Counted from the stretch's first letter, positions 9,824 to 21,166 are shown. The stretch: 64,000 nucleotides of DNA from an archaeon (GCA_043817075.1 JBDRHG010000005.1:3120-67119), one strand, 5' to 3'. Numbers and translations are program-made. The notes: generated by a model from the letters alone, not told the origin.

Positions 9824-10801
9824 TCAGTACTCCATGACCGTATGCACGGCCTTGACCACGCGGTAGGTGTCCGGGAGGAAGAATTCTTCCAAAGCGTATT
9901 GTGGGAATGGTAGATTAGGCCCTGCGACGCGGATCACCGGCGCTTCGAGAGACAGTAATGCATGCTCCTGGATCCGGGCCGCGATCTCGCTTCCCATGCT
10001 GGCGGTGATGGGTGCTTCTTCGACCACGACCGCACGCCCGGTCTTGCGCACTGACTTGAGGATTGCCTCCTCGTCCAGGGGCCAGATCGTTCGCAGATCG
10101 ATGATGTCGCAGCTGACGCCCTGCCCCTGCAGGTTCTCGGCCGCCTCCTTACAGACGCGGACCATCGCGCCCCAGCTGATGAGAGTCACGTCGCTGCCTT
10201 CACGTAGGACGTTTGCCTTGCCAAGCGGTATCTCAAACGGACCGTCCGGCACCTCTTCCTTGAATGCGCGGTATATCTTCTTTGGCTCGAGGAAGATGAC
10301 AGGATCAGGATCCCTTATCGAAGAGATCAACAGGCCTTTGGCGTCGCTCGGCCCCGAGGGCATGACCACCTTGAGACCTTGGCAATGGACGAAGAAAGCC
10401 TCAGGACTCTCTGAATGGTGCTCTAACGCATGGATGCCTCCGCTGCAAGGCGCACGGAGCACCATCGGGAGATGGAAGGTCCCTGATGATCGCTGACGGA
10501 AACGCGCCATATGCTGCTTGATGTGATGGAATGCCTGATAGGTGAATCCCGAGAACTGGATCTCCGGCACGGGCTTCATCCCGGCGAGTGCGAGCCCTAT
10601 CGCCGATCCGACGATACCCGCCTCGGCGAGCGGTGTGTCGACCACACGATCCTTGCCATATTTGTTGATCAGTCCATCGGTGACGCGGAACACGCCGCCG
10701 TCCACTCCGACGTCCTCACCCAGCAGGATAATCGTGGGGTCCAGCCCCATCTCCTGCTCGAGTGCCTGGTTGAGCGCCGCGACCATGTGTAGCTTTGTCA
10801 T
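9824..10801 (-). CDS. pdhB: 2-oxoacid (pyruvate) dehydrogenase E1 beta
   Basis: GEDVGVDGGVFRVT, DTPLAEAGI, EHHSESPE. Confidence 0.93.
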   Translation of the reverse strand: MTKLHMVAALNQALEQEMGLDPTIILLGEDVGVDGGVFRVTDGLINKYGKDRVVDTPLAEAGIVGSAIGLALAGMKPVPEIQFSGFTYQAFHHIKQHMARFRQRSSGTFHLPMVLRAPCSGGIHALEHHSESPEAFFVHCQGLKVVMPSGPSDAKGLLISSIRDPDPVIFLEPKKIYRAFKEEVPDGPFEIPLGKANVLREGSDVTLISWGAMVRVCKEAAENLQGQGVSCDIIDLRTIWPLDEEAILKSVRKTGRAVVVEEAPITASMGSEIAARIQEHALLSLEAPVIRVAGPNLPFPQYALEEFFLPDTYRVVKAVHTVMEY

Positions 10802-11901
10802 TGCGCATCACCTCCCAGGCCTTTCCGTTCCTGCAGCTCGGCCATAAATGCATCTTTCTCCTTAAGGAATATCTCAGGAGGATTCTCATAGAGTGAGTCG
10901 AACATCTCTTCCGGTGACGGTGGCGGGATGGCAAGCCCTTTCTCCACCGCATCTTCGACCTCTTTTTGCACCTCGTCGACCACGAACTTCCGGTATTCTT
11001 CAGACCAGGTGCCGAGTTTCTCGAAATGTTTCTGCAAGCGAAGGATTGGATCTTTGAGTTCCCACTTCTTGACCTCTTCCTCATCACGATACTTGGATGA
11101 GTCGTCGGACGTGGTATGATCGCCCATACGGAAGGTCAGGGATTCGATAAGTGTCGGGCCGCCTCCCTCGCGGGCCTTGACGAGCGCATCGCTTGTGACC
11201 TTATACACACCGATCACGTCATTGCCGTCGATCTGAACGCTAGGCATGCCATATGCTATCGCCTTCTGGGCGATGGTCTCGGCACGCGTCTGTGATTTCC
11301 GGGGAGTGGAGATGGCCCACTGGTTGTTCTGGCAGAAGAACACCACCGGAAGCTGGAGCTCCGCAGCGAAATTGAGCGCCTCATGGAAATCACCCTCTGA
11401 TGTCGCGCCGTCGCCGAAGTACACTATCGCCGCCTGCTTCTCACCTTTGAGCTTTGATGCCCAGGCAAGACCGACCGCATGCAGCAGCTGCGACGCGATG
11501 GGAATCGCGACAGGAAGGTCGCGGGTCTCTTCCCTGGCCCCTTGGAATGCATGGGTGTCTCCACGCCATGCCTCGACGATCTTTGCGCGGTCAGCGCCCC
11601 GTACCAGGGAGACGCCCATCTCGCGGAAGGAAGGTATGAACCAATCCTTCTTCTGGAGCGCCATGCCCGATCCGATCTCGGACGCCTCTTGGCCCCTGAC
11701 CTGGGCATAGGTGCCGATCTTCCCGCTACGTTGCAGCTTGAAAAGCTTCTCGTCGAAGGCCCGGACGAGCATCATCATGTGATACATGACCTTTTTGGTG
11801 TCCTCATCGACATCCGGATGGAGCGATTCGTCGACATTGCCTTCCTCGTCCATGACCTGGATGTATTCGATCTCGAATTTTTTGATTATTGCTCTTGTGA
11901 T
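10798..11901 (-). CDS. pdhA: 2-oxoacid (pyruvate) dehydrogenase E1 alpha (probable ATC start at 11901; first ATG at 11853)
   Basis: GQEA, FGDGATSEGDFHEALNFA...NN TPP motif, HTTSDD. Confidence 0.93.
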   Translation of the reverse strand: MTRAIIKKFEIEYIQVMDEEGNVDESLHPDVDEDTKKVMYHMMMLVRAFDEKLFKLQRSGKIGTYAQVRGQEASEIGSGMALQKKDWFIPSFREMGVSLVRGADRAKIVEAWRGDTHAFQGAREETRDLPVAIPIASQLLHAVGLAWASKLKGEKQAAIVYFGDGATSEGDFHEALNFAAELQLPVVFFCQNNQWAISTPRKSQTRAETIAQKAIAYGMPSVQIDGNDVIGVYKVTSDALVKAREGGGPTLIESLTFRMGDHTTSDDSSKYRDEEEVKKWELKDPILRLQKHFEKLGTWSEEYRKFVVDEVQKEVEDAVEKGLAIPPPSPEEMFDSLYENPPEIFLKEKDAFMAELQERKGLGGDAQ

Positions 11902-12812
11902 AATCCCACCTCCGATGGTGACTGGTGGATGCGCCGTCGGGAGAGGACTCCCCGCATGAAGAACTCGCCGGCGCGGTACGAGCTTCGCACGAAAGGACCG
12001 GAGGCGACATAGAGAAACCCCATAGCCTCTGCCTTGGCTCTGAAAGATGAGAATGCGTCCGGGCTGATGAAAGCCTTGACGGGAAGGACCTTGTTGCTCG
12101 GTTTGAGGTATTGTCCCAAAGTGAGGATGTCGACGTCGACCTCGCGTAGGTCATGCATGGCCTTGATCACTTCGGCTTCGGTCTCACCAAGCCCCAGCAT
12201 GATCGAAGATTTCGTGTAGATTGTATGATCCAACGTCTTGACGTCGGCGAGCACCTTGAGCGACTGCTCATATCCTGCACGCGGATCGCGCACCTCATGT
12301 TGAAGAGAACGGACTGTCTCGATGTTGTGGCCGATGACGTCGGGACAGGCTTCGACAATCCGCTTCAAGGGTCCGACTTCACCCTGGAAATCGGGGATGA
12401 GCACCTCGATATGAGTCTTGGGATGCTTGGTGAGGATGGCGTCGATGCATGCCGCGAAATGGGCTGCTCCACCATCAGCAAGATCATCCCGGTCGACGGA
12501 TGTCAACACGACGTAATCAAGTCCGATCTCTGCTACTGCTTCAGCGATCTTATCGGGCTCATCTTGATCGAGCGGTTGTCCTTTCATCGCTGTCGAGATA
12601 GCGCAGAATTTACATCCACGTGTGCAGGTGTCGCCCATGACCATGAACGTCGCGGTCCCTTCATGCGCCCAGCATTCAGCCATGTTTGGACAATGCGCTT
12701 CCTCGCAGACCGTGACCAGTCCCCTGGAACGAAGCGCATGACGTATCTTAGAGAAATCTGGCGTCGATTGCGGACGGATGGTCAACCATGCTGGCTTTTG
12801 CTGTGTGTGCAT
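11886..12812 (-). CDS. lipA: Lipoyl synthase
   Basis: CEEAHCPNMAEC, CTRGCKFC, VRSSY. Confidence 0.97.
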   Translation of the reverse strand: MHTQQKPAWLTIRPQSTPDFSKIRHALRSRGLVTVCEEAHCPNMAECWAHEGTATFMVMGDTCTRGCKFCAISTAMKGQPLDQDEPDKIAEAVAEIGLDYVVLTSVDRDDLADGGAAHFAACIDAILTKHPKTHIEVLIPDFQGEVGPLKRIVEACPDVIGHNIETVRSLQHEVRDPRAGYEQSLKVLADVKTLDHTIYTKSSIMLGLGETEAEVIKAMHDLREVDVDILTLGQYLKPSNKVLPVKAFISPDAFSSFRAKAEAMGFLYVASGPFVRSSYRAGEFFMRGVLSRRRIHQSPSEVGLSQEQ

Positions 12813-12961
12813 ATCCTCGACCTAAAAGTCACTTCTTAATACCGGTGAAAACACCTATGACCTGAAGAGGACAGATATATAAATGTTTTGGGCCGGGACG
12901 AGGGTAAACATCGTCGAAGAAGCGGCTGATTGACCAACTAGCACCCAGGCATGGTCAAGCT

Positions 12962-13690
12962 TCATGGGAACTCGATGGTGCCATCATGATACACACCCTT
13001 GGCAAGAGGGACTGGCCGCCATCTGTCTTCGACCAAAGTGGCATCGAGCCAATCCGCCAACTCCCGCGGATTCCCTATGGTCGCCGATAAGCCGACGATC
13101 TGCACATGTTCCAGCAACTGACGGAGCATAGTGATCAGTATCTCCAATGTCGGACCTCTCGACGGGTCATTGAGGAGGTGGATCTCATCGATGATGACCG
13201 TGCCGATGCTTTTTACCCAAGGGATGCGATGGCGGAAGAGAGAGTCGAGCTTCTCCGACGTGCAGATGATCAGATCCTTGTCAGCCAAACTTTTTTCGCC
13301 AGAGTCGAGGTCTCCGATGGAGAGAGCGACCGAGAAAAGCTCACTGTACTTGGTCGAGAAATCTTTATATTTCTCAGACCCCAGGGCCTTGAGAGGCACG
13401 ATGTAAAGCGCTTTCTGTTTATTGGACAATATCGCCGTGGAGAACGCCATCTCGGCTGTGAGTGTCTTACCGGATGCGGTCGGTGTGCATATGAGCAACG
13501 ATTTGCCTTCTAGGAGACCTGCTTTGACCGCTTTTTCCTGCGCAGGTCTGAGATGGGAGAATTTCGACGACAATGTATCGTAGACCGCTTTTGGAATCTT
13601 GCCTTTCAATGAGGAGAATCGCATCCCTTTCCCCCTAGAGGGACTTTTCGACTTCGGGACTTGTTTTCCAGTGCTCTCCTTCGTCACCAT
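12962..13690 (-). CDS. Hel308/Ski2-like SF2 helicase, first RecA domain only (start uncertain)
   Basis: Q motif LRPAQ, PTASGKT, PLKAL, DEIH, SAT; stops after the RPVPL linker. Confidence 0.85.
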   Translation of the reverse strand: MVTKESTGKQVPKSKSPSRGKGMRFSSLKGKIPKAVYDTLSSKFSHLRPAQEKAVKAGLLEGKSLLICTPTASGKTLTAEMAFSTAILSNKQKALYIVPLKALGSEKYKDFSTKYSELFSVALSIGDLDSGEKSLADKDLIICTSEKLDSLFRHRIPWVKSIGTVIIDEIHLLNDPSRGPTLEILITMLRQLLEHVQIVGLSATIGNPRELADWLDATLVEDRWRPVPLAKGVYHDGTIEFP

Positions 13691-13808
13691 GAAAAGCTTA
13701 AGCAAGTCAGGCCCAATAAAAAGTTTGTGCTCGATCCACAGGAGAATTGACAGGAAGCCCGCACATGGTCAACACGAGAACAAAGCAGCAAAACAGACCA
13801 AATAAAAT

Positions 13809-13944
13809 CAGAAATTCCACCGCTCGGAGCTACCCCGACCAAAAAGGTCAAGGGTATCCCGCTCATCGCATCGAATAGGTGGAATTTCTGGTCTGAAAAT
13901 GGACCACACTCTGAAGAACAGGGTATGAAACCCATTTTCAGAGT
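13809..13944 (-). ncRNA. Candidate structured RNA between tfe and the helicase fragment
   Basis: 13-bp IR 13809-13821/13878-13890 with nested stems, and an adjacent 11-bp IR 13892-13902/13932-13942. Confidence 0.5.
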
Positions 13945-13996
13945 CAGACAGAATCAGACAGAATTATAAAAAAAAAGAAAAAAAGGCAAGCAAGTC

Positions 13997-14500
13997 TCAC
14001 GAGTGAGTGCTTATCTCCTTGATCTTCTCCTGGAGGACCTCGATCGTGCGCTCATTGTGCTGATGATCGAGCAACGTACCACATTCCGGACAATGGAATT
14101 GCAGGTCAGCAGCTTCGTCGAAGTTCATCCGTACACAGACATTCTTGCAGATGTAGTAGTTGTTCAGATATTGCTGCTCTTCTTTGAGCCGCTGCTCGAA
14201 CCGCTCTATCTGCATCTGCATGAGCTGAGCATATAGTTCACGTGCACGGAGTATATTGAAGGTCCAGTATCCGATATACCAACCTTTCTGCCTGTCTTTG
14301 ACCCGCTTATAGGTGGCGAGATTCAGGCTGTGGAGCCGGTACAGAATATTCCTTATGACCTGGATATCCTCATTGAGCTTTTTGGCCACTAGGAATTCCG
14401 AGACGTTCTCTTTGCCCTTCAACAACTTGACGACGGAGACCGCTTCGTCTCCGACCATCTTAGCAATCACTTCACAGACTCTCTTCTCTGTCATTCTCAC
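13997..14500 (-). CDS. tfe: Transcription factor E (alpha)
   Basis: N-terminal wHTH (IRNILYRL, GWYIGYW), Zn ribbon YICKNVC...FHCPECG. Confidence 0.9.
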   Translation of the reverse strand: MRMTEKRVCEVIAKMVGDEAVSVVKLLKGKENVSEFLVAKKLNEDIQVIRNILYRLHSLNLATYKRVKDRQKGWYIGYWTFNILRARELYAQLMQMQIERFEQRLKEEQQYLNNYYICKNVCVRMNFDEAADLQFHCPECGTLLDHQHNERTIEVLQEKIKEISTHS

Positions 14501-14590
14501 ATTTACCAACCCCCCAAACAATGATCGTCAATGCGTAATCGATTTGTGACCGATATTTGTGACCGATGCGTGACTGCGAATGATGTGTGC

Positions 14591-14765
14591 AAAAAGGAAA
14601 AAAAGGAGGGAAAGATTTCCCCACCCATAGAGGCCAAGAAAAGAGGTGATAGAAAACTCAGCCCTCTCTGGGTGAGGAACTTGAGTATCAGCAGCAGCAC
14701 CCCATAGGGTAGGCTGCTGACAGGCACCACCAGTTGGACGGTGGTGACGCCTGTTCCCCCCACAC
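14591..14765 (-). ncRNA. Candidate multi-stem RNA / structured leader upstream of tfe
   Basis: BRE-TATA at 14790-14804, three helices forming a junction, then a hairpin and U-tract. Confidence 0.55.
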
Positions 14766-14789
14766 ACATGTCTTTCTTTGGATGCTGAC

Positions 14790-14804
14790 TATATAAATTT
14801 TTCG
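14790..14804 (-). promoter_or_regulatory. BRE-TATA promoter (CGAAAAA TTTATATA) for the structured RNA/tfe
   Basis: Canonical archaeal BRE and TATA. Confidence 0.65.
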
Positions 14805-14870
14805 CTTTTCCATACAACTCATGCATATTCGGCCCTCAGACGGGCCCGAGGAGAGTTATAGTCGAGGATA

Positions 14871-14886
14871 GAAAAATATTTAAAGA
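14871..14886 (+). promoter_or_regulatory. BRE-TATA promoter of M50 protease-groES-groEL
   Basis: GAAAAATA TTTAAAGA. Confidence 0.6.
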
Positions 14887-14907
14887 AGGTACGTTCATCT
14901 CAAGCAT

Positions 14908-14930
14908 TGATTGTTGATTTAAAGTCAACA
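14908..14930. promoter_or_regulatory. Candidate chaperone-regulon operator, copy 1 (TGATTGTTGATTTAAAGTCAACA)
   Basis: TGTTGA-N7-TCAACA dyad; 21/23 identical to 58256-58278. Confidence 0.75.
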
Positions 14931-14983
14931 TAACTCGTAGGGGGAAAAACACTTATTAAATAGTGAGGAAAAACGATAAAACG

Positions 14984-15598
14984 ATGAGACGTATCGATAT
15001 CCATCAGGTTGCGAGAGGAAGGTCCTTTCTCAGCATGATCTCCAAGGCCGAGGCCAAAGACCTGCTTCTGGCGTGGCTTGGGTTGTCCCTGGCATTCGCC
15101 ATCGTACAGGGAGGTATGGTGCTCACAAACCCACCGACGCTTGTCCTGACACTCGTGGTGTCGCTTTCCACAGTCGGTCTGGGTTTTCTCCTCCACGAGC
15201 TCATGCACAAGTTCGCAGCCATGCGTTACGGGCGATATGCCCGGTTCTATGCAGACCGCAAGATGATCATCGGAGCTCTGCTCATGTCGCTATTCGGCTT
15301 CGTGTTCGCAGCCCCGGGTGCAGTGGTCATCCATGGCCATCTGACAAAGAAGGAATCCGCCATCGTATCGGCGGCAGGACCTGCCACGAACATCCTCCTG
15401 TCCCTTCTTTTCTGGCCACTCATCGCTGCAGGAGGATTCTTGGGATTGATAGCTGCTTATGGATTTCGCATCAATGCCTTCCTGGCCGTGTTCAACATGA
15501 TCCCGGTCTGGCAGCTCGATGGCGCCAAGATACTCCCCTACAGTAAAGTGATGTTCGGTGTCCTTATTGGGATGCCTGCGATCATGCTCTTCATATAA
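14984..15598 (+). CDS. Site-2 (M50) intramembrane zinc metalloprotease
   Basis: HELMH, AAGPATN, FNMIP..LDG motifs. Confidence 0.9.
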   Translation: MRRIDIHQVARGRSFLSMISKAEAKDLLLAWLGLSLAFAIVQGGMVLTNPPTLVLTLVVSLSTVGLGFLLHELMHKFAAMRYGRYARFYADRKMIIGALLMSLFGFVFAAPGAVVIHGHLTKKESAIVSAAGPATNILLSLLFWPLIAAGGFLGLIAAYGFRINAFLAVFNMIPVWQLDGAKILPYSKVMFGVLIGMPAIMLFI

Positions 15599-15701
15599 CG
15601 ATGTGAAGATAATCAGATATCATTTGTAAGTCTGATGATAGAAAGGCTGATAAGATAACAGAAAAAACGATGAAAGAATCGATGAACCGAGGTGCATATG
15701 C

Positions 15702-15965
15702 ATGAATGTTATCCCAATGAACGAACGGGTCGTGATCCGGCCCTTGGAGACTGAGGAGAAGACTGCAGGCGGTATCTATATCCCTGAGTCGGCAAAAGAG
15801 AAGACCAACCAGGGTGAAGTCGTCGCTGTGTGGGATGAGAAGAAATCACCGGTGAAGGTCGGCGACACCGTAATCTATGAGAGCTTTGCCGGGACCGAGC
15901 TTTCGGTCAAGGAAAAGAAGCACCTCATCCTCAAGATGGAAGATGTGCTCGCAGTCATGAGATGA
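15702..15965 (+). CDS. groES: Co-chaperonin GroES
   Basis: PMNERVVI, KTAGGIYIPESAKEK; SD GAGGTG. Confidence 0.95.
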   Translation: MNVIPMNERVVIRPLETEEKTAGGIYIPESAKEKTNQGEVVAVWDEKKSPVKVGDTVIYESFAGTELSVKEKKHLILKMEDVLAVMR

Positions 15966-16019
15966 GATTACGTTTGATCATGTTTTCGCATCAATACTAG
16001 AACATCACTTGAACACTGA

Positions 16020-17705
<1,686 letters not shown>

Positions 17706-17749
17706 GAAGGGAAAAGCATTTATAACATCTTATTTTCTCTTTTTTTCTT

Positions 17750-18352
17750 ATGGTCCAACGTAGAAAGATCATCTGGAAGAAGCTGCAGGACAGCGCAGAC
17801 CTCATCGTGTTCGAGAACCGTCGTAAAGGGGTCACTGGCAGGATCGAGGCAAGGAAAGACAATGGTAGGTCGTGGCAGGTCTACCGTATCTTCATCTACG
17901 GCAAGGACCGCAACTATGTCGAGCAGTACAAAGCGCATGACAAGACCCATCTCAAAGAGCTGCTCACCTATCTCTCCAAGAAAGGCGAACCGACCACGCT
18001 AGAGATCAAATCAGGCATGCCTGACATCCCTATGGTACAAGTCGAATTCCGACGGGCCTATAAGGAAGAGTATGTCGAGAAATGGGAATTCTCCATCGAC
18101 AAGGAAGGATTCCAGAACTTCCTCACCGCGCGTTTCGATCAGAAGCTCGCCATCGACATAGTGATGCGCGATAAGTACAAATCATACGAGGCTTCATTCC
18201 TGCATAAGCTGGACGAATTTCTCGGCACGGCATCCTTGGACGTCAAGAAGGAGTTCCGCATCCACTATTTCGAGCATTCGGTGTATCATGAGAAGGCCGA
18301 GTCCGAAGATGATGAGATCACGCTGTCGGAGACCCCGACGGACAAAGAATAA
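17750..18352 (+). CDS. Hypothetical protein
   Basis: 200-aa ORF filling the gap, own BRE-TATA about 30 nt upstream (leaderless). Confidence 0.75.
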   Translation: MVQRRKIIWKKLQDSADLIVFENRRKGVTGRIEARKDNGRSWQVYRIFIYGKDRNYVEQYKAHDKTHLKELLTYLSKKGEPTTLEIKSGMPDIPMVQVEFRRAYKEEYVEKWEFSIDKEGFQNFLTARFDQKLAIDIVMRDKYKSYEASFLHKLDEFLGTASLDVKKEFRIHYFEHSVYHEKAESEDDEITLSETPTDKE

Positions 18353-18357
18353 TCGTG

Positions 18358-19881
18358 CTATGGACTTTTCTCAAGAAGCGATTTCCCCGTCATGTCGGAA
18401 GGCTGTTTGATGCCCAGGAGTCTCAGCACGGTCGGCGCGATGTCGGCCAACCCACCCCCTTCCCTGAGCGTGTAAGCGCTGAGCATATCAGCCCGAGCCA
18501 GAAAGATGAGCGGTACGTCGTTGCTCGTATGTGATGTCCGCCAAAGCTCACTTTGATCCTCGATATTGCCGTGGTCAGCGAAGATGAGCGCCACGCCACC
18601 CTTCTCGAGCACCTTATCCGTTATGTTACCCACGCATTCGTCTACCACTTCGACAGCCCTGAGACACGCATCCCTCACCCCGGTGTGGCCGATCATGTCT
18701 CCATTGACGATATTCGTCACGATAAGATCATGGACGCCTGCATCGATCTGCTCGATGATCCTGTCGGTGATCTTATAGGCGCTCATCTCAGGGGCGCTAT
18801 CATAAGTCGGCACCTTCGGTGAATGGATGAGGATGCGATCCTCCCCTTCGAATGGTTCCTCGATCTGGGCATTGAAGAAGAATGTGACATGCGCATACTT
18901 CTCGGTCTCCGATATCCTCAGCTGTCTGAGTCCCTTCTCACTGATGACCTGGCCAAGGATATTCTCCAGAGGGATGTCAGGATACGCCACATCGGCGTTC
19001 ATGGACGAGTAGAACTGGGTCATGCCTGTATAGTGGACGTCGAGCGGCCGCCGTTCCCATCCCTCAAAATCGTCATCGACGATGGCGCGGGTGAGCTGCC
19101 TGGGACGGTCAGTGCGGAAATTGAAGAAGAGGATGCCATCGCCTGGCTTGACTCCCTCATACCAGGTCGCCTTCCTCGGGACGATGAATTCGTCCGTCTC
19201 TCCTTCTTCGTAGCAGGAGAGGAGCTGTGCCTCTGCTTCTTCGAAACCGGGCGCCTCGGCCTTGACGATGCAATCATATGCCTTCTTGGTGCGGTCCCAA
19301 CGCTTGTCGCGGTCCATGGCGAAGTATCGCCCGGACATTGAGGCTATGCGACCGATACCCACCGATGCGGTCTTCTGCTTGAGGTCGCGGAGCATGGAGA
19401 CACCTTTGTTGACAGGAGCATCCCTTCCATCAGTGATGACGTGGAGGAATACATCGGAGAATCCCTGTTTCTTACACAGATCAAGAAGCGCGAAGAGATG
19501 GTCACGATGGGCATGGACACCCTCGGTCTGATTCAGGCCGACGATATGTAGGGCCGAGCCTCTGTCCTGGCAATGGGAGATCGCACGCAGCAAGACCGGA
19601 TTGGTGAAGAACTCGCCTGACTCGATGTCCTTATTGATGCGCATCAACGATTGGAAGATGATACGACCAGAACCCATGGTCATATGACCTACTTCCGAGT
19701 TTCCCTGGTTTCCGGGAGGCAGACCGACGGCTTGCCCCGATGCCTCGATAAGGACATTGGGAAACTCCCGCATCATCGCATCGGTGCGTGGCGTCTTTCC
19801 TTCCGCGATCGCGTTCTCGGTCTTGCGCGGATTATACCCCCATCCGTCTCGGATGATGACCACAACAGGTTTTGTAACCAT
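18358..19881 (-). CDS. gpmI: 2,3-BPG-independent phosphoglycerate mutase
   Basis: IRDGWG, GNSEVGH, TDGRD, ETEKYAHVTFF, ADHGN; true start MVTKPVV. Confidence 0.95.
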   Translation of the reverse strand: MVTKPVVVIIRDGWGYNPRKTENAIAEGKTPRTDAMMREFPNVLIEASGQAVGLPPGNQGNSEVGHMTMGSGRIIFQSLMRINKDIESGEFFTNPVLLRAISHCQDRGSALHIVGLNQTEGVHAHRDHLFALLDLCKKQGFSDVFLHVITDGRDAPVNKGVSMLRDLKQKTASVGIGRIASMSGRYFAMDRDKRWDRTKKAYDCIVKAEAPGFEEAEAQLLSCYEEGETDEFIVPRKATWYEGVKPGDGILFFNFRTDRPRQLTRAIVDDDFEGWERRPLDVHYTGMTQFYSSMNADVAYPDIPLENILGQVISEKGLRQLRISETEKYAHVTFFFNAQIEEPFEGEDRILIHSPKVPTYDSAPEMSAYKITDRIIEQIDAGVHDLIVTNIVNGDMIGHTGVRDACLRAVEVVDECVGNITDKVLEKGGVALIFADHGNIEDQSELWRTSHTSNDVPLIFLARADMLSAYTLREGGGLADIAPTVLRLLGIKQPSDMTGKSLLEKSP

Positions 19882-19900
19882 GACCAGGATACCCCTTCGA

Positions 19901-21166
19901 TCAGATAGGACGTGATGCGTATTTCGCCTTGTCACCCAGCGATTCTTCGATTCGGAGGAGCTGGTTATACTTGGCGTTCCGATCGCTGCGGGCAGGCGCG
20001 CCGAACTTGCTCTGTCCCGAACCGATGCCGACGACGAGGTCAGCGATGAAAGCGTCCTCGGTTTCCCCTGAACGGTGTGATACGACCGTGCCCCATCCTG
20101 CATCGTCAGATGCTTTGAATGCGGACAGTGCCTCGGTGACGCTGCCTATCTGGTTGACCTTGAGCAGGAGGGCGTTTACCGTCTTCTCATCGACAGCCCT
20201 AGCTATCCGGGTCGGATTAGTGCATAAAAGATCATCCCCGACAATCTGGACCTTGCCGCCGAGTGCTTTGGTCATCAACGAAAAGCCTTCCCAATCCTCC
20301 TCATCATGCCCATCTTCTATCGAATATATCGGGAAAGTGGAAGATATCTCCTTGTAATAGTCCACAAGCTCTCCTGCAGAATAGGTCGATGATCCGATGG
20401 TGTATGTGCCATCTTTGTAGAACTCTGAGGCTGCAGCATCGAGCGCGAACACTATCTCGTTTTCATAGCCGGCCTCGGCAGCCGCTTTAGCCATGATGCC
20501 AAGCCTGTCTTCTGCCTTCTCCAGAGGGGGGACGAAGCCTCCTTCGTCACCGATAAGCGTGCCTCTTGCGCCGAATTTTCCTTTCAGCATCTTACGGAGA
20601 ACGTGATACGTCTCTGCACCCATCTGGAGGGCCTCGGAGAAGCTCTTCGCTCCCACAGGTGCGATCATATGCTCCTGGATGTCGTTGTCCTGTCCTGCAT
20701 GCTTCCCGCCATTGATCACGTTCATCTGTGGCATGGGCAACCTGGGCGTATCCACGCCAGACAGCGAACTGAGATAGGAATACAGCGGAATGCCTTTGAC
20801 CTGGGCACCCAGATAGGCCACTGCCATTGACACGCCGAGCACTGCGTTGGCTCCGAGCTTATTCTTGTCAGGGGTCCCGTCGGCATCAAGCATGGCTCTG
20901 TCGGCCCCTTCCTGGTCCAGGGGATCACGTCCTTTGACCACCATGGCCAAGACCGTGTTGACATTGCTCACTGCCTGGAGCACACCTTTGCCTCCGAAAG
21001 CATCTTTCTTGTCCCTGAGTTCGAGCGCCTCATTGACGCCTGTGCTCGCGCCGCTAGGGACAGCTGCGCGGGTGGAGAATCCGCCTCCATGCGCTTCGAC
21101 CTCTACGGTCGGATTACCTCGTGAGTCTAGTATCTGACGAGCATGAATTTTTTCAATGATAACCAT
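19901..21166 (-). CDS. eno: Enolase
   Basis: ILDSRGNPTVE, PSGASTG, SHRSGETED, AKYNQLLRIEE. Confidence 0.97.
   Translation of the reverse strand: MVIIEKIHARQILDSRGNPTVEVEAHGGGFSTRAAVPSGASTGVNEALELRDKKDAFGGKGVLQAVSNVNTVLAMVVKGRDPLDQEGADRAMLDADGTPDKNKLGANAVLGVSMAVAYLGAQVKGIPLYSYLSSLSGVDTPRLPMPQMNVINGGKHAGQDNDIQEHMIAPVGAKSFSEALQMGAETYHVLRKMLKGKFGARGTLIGDEGGFVPPLEKAEDRLGIMAKAAAEAGYENEIVFALDAAASEFYKDGTYTIGSSTYSAGELVDYYKEISSTFPIYSIEDGHDEEDWEGFSLMTKALGGKVQIVGDDLLCTNPTRIARAVDEKTVNALLLKVNQIGSVTEALSAFKASDDAGWGTVVSHRSGETEDAFIADLVVGIGSGQSKFGAPARSDRNAKYNQLLRIEESLGDKAKYASRPI

Noticed and set aside
13809..14765. SRP RNA or RNase P RNA
   Set aside because: Neither element has the SRP helix 8 motif or the RNase P GAGGAAAGUCC/P4 motif.
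19882..20103. N-terminal extension of gpmI in the ORF track
   Set aside because: It overlaps enolase; the homologous start and SD are at 19881.
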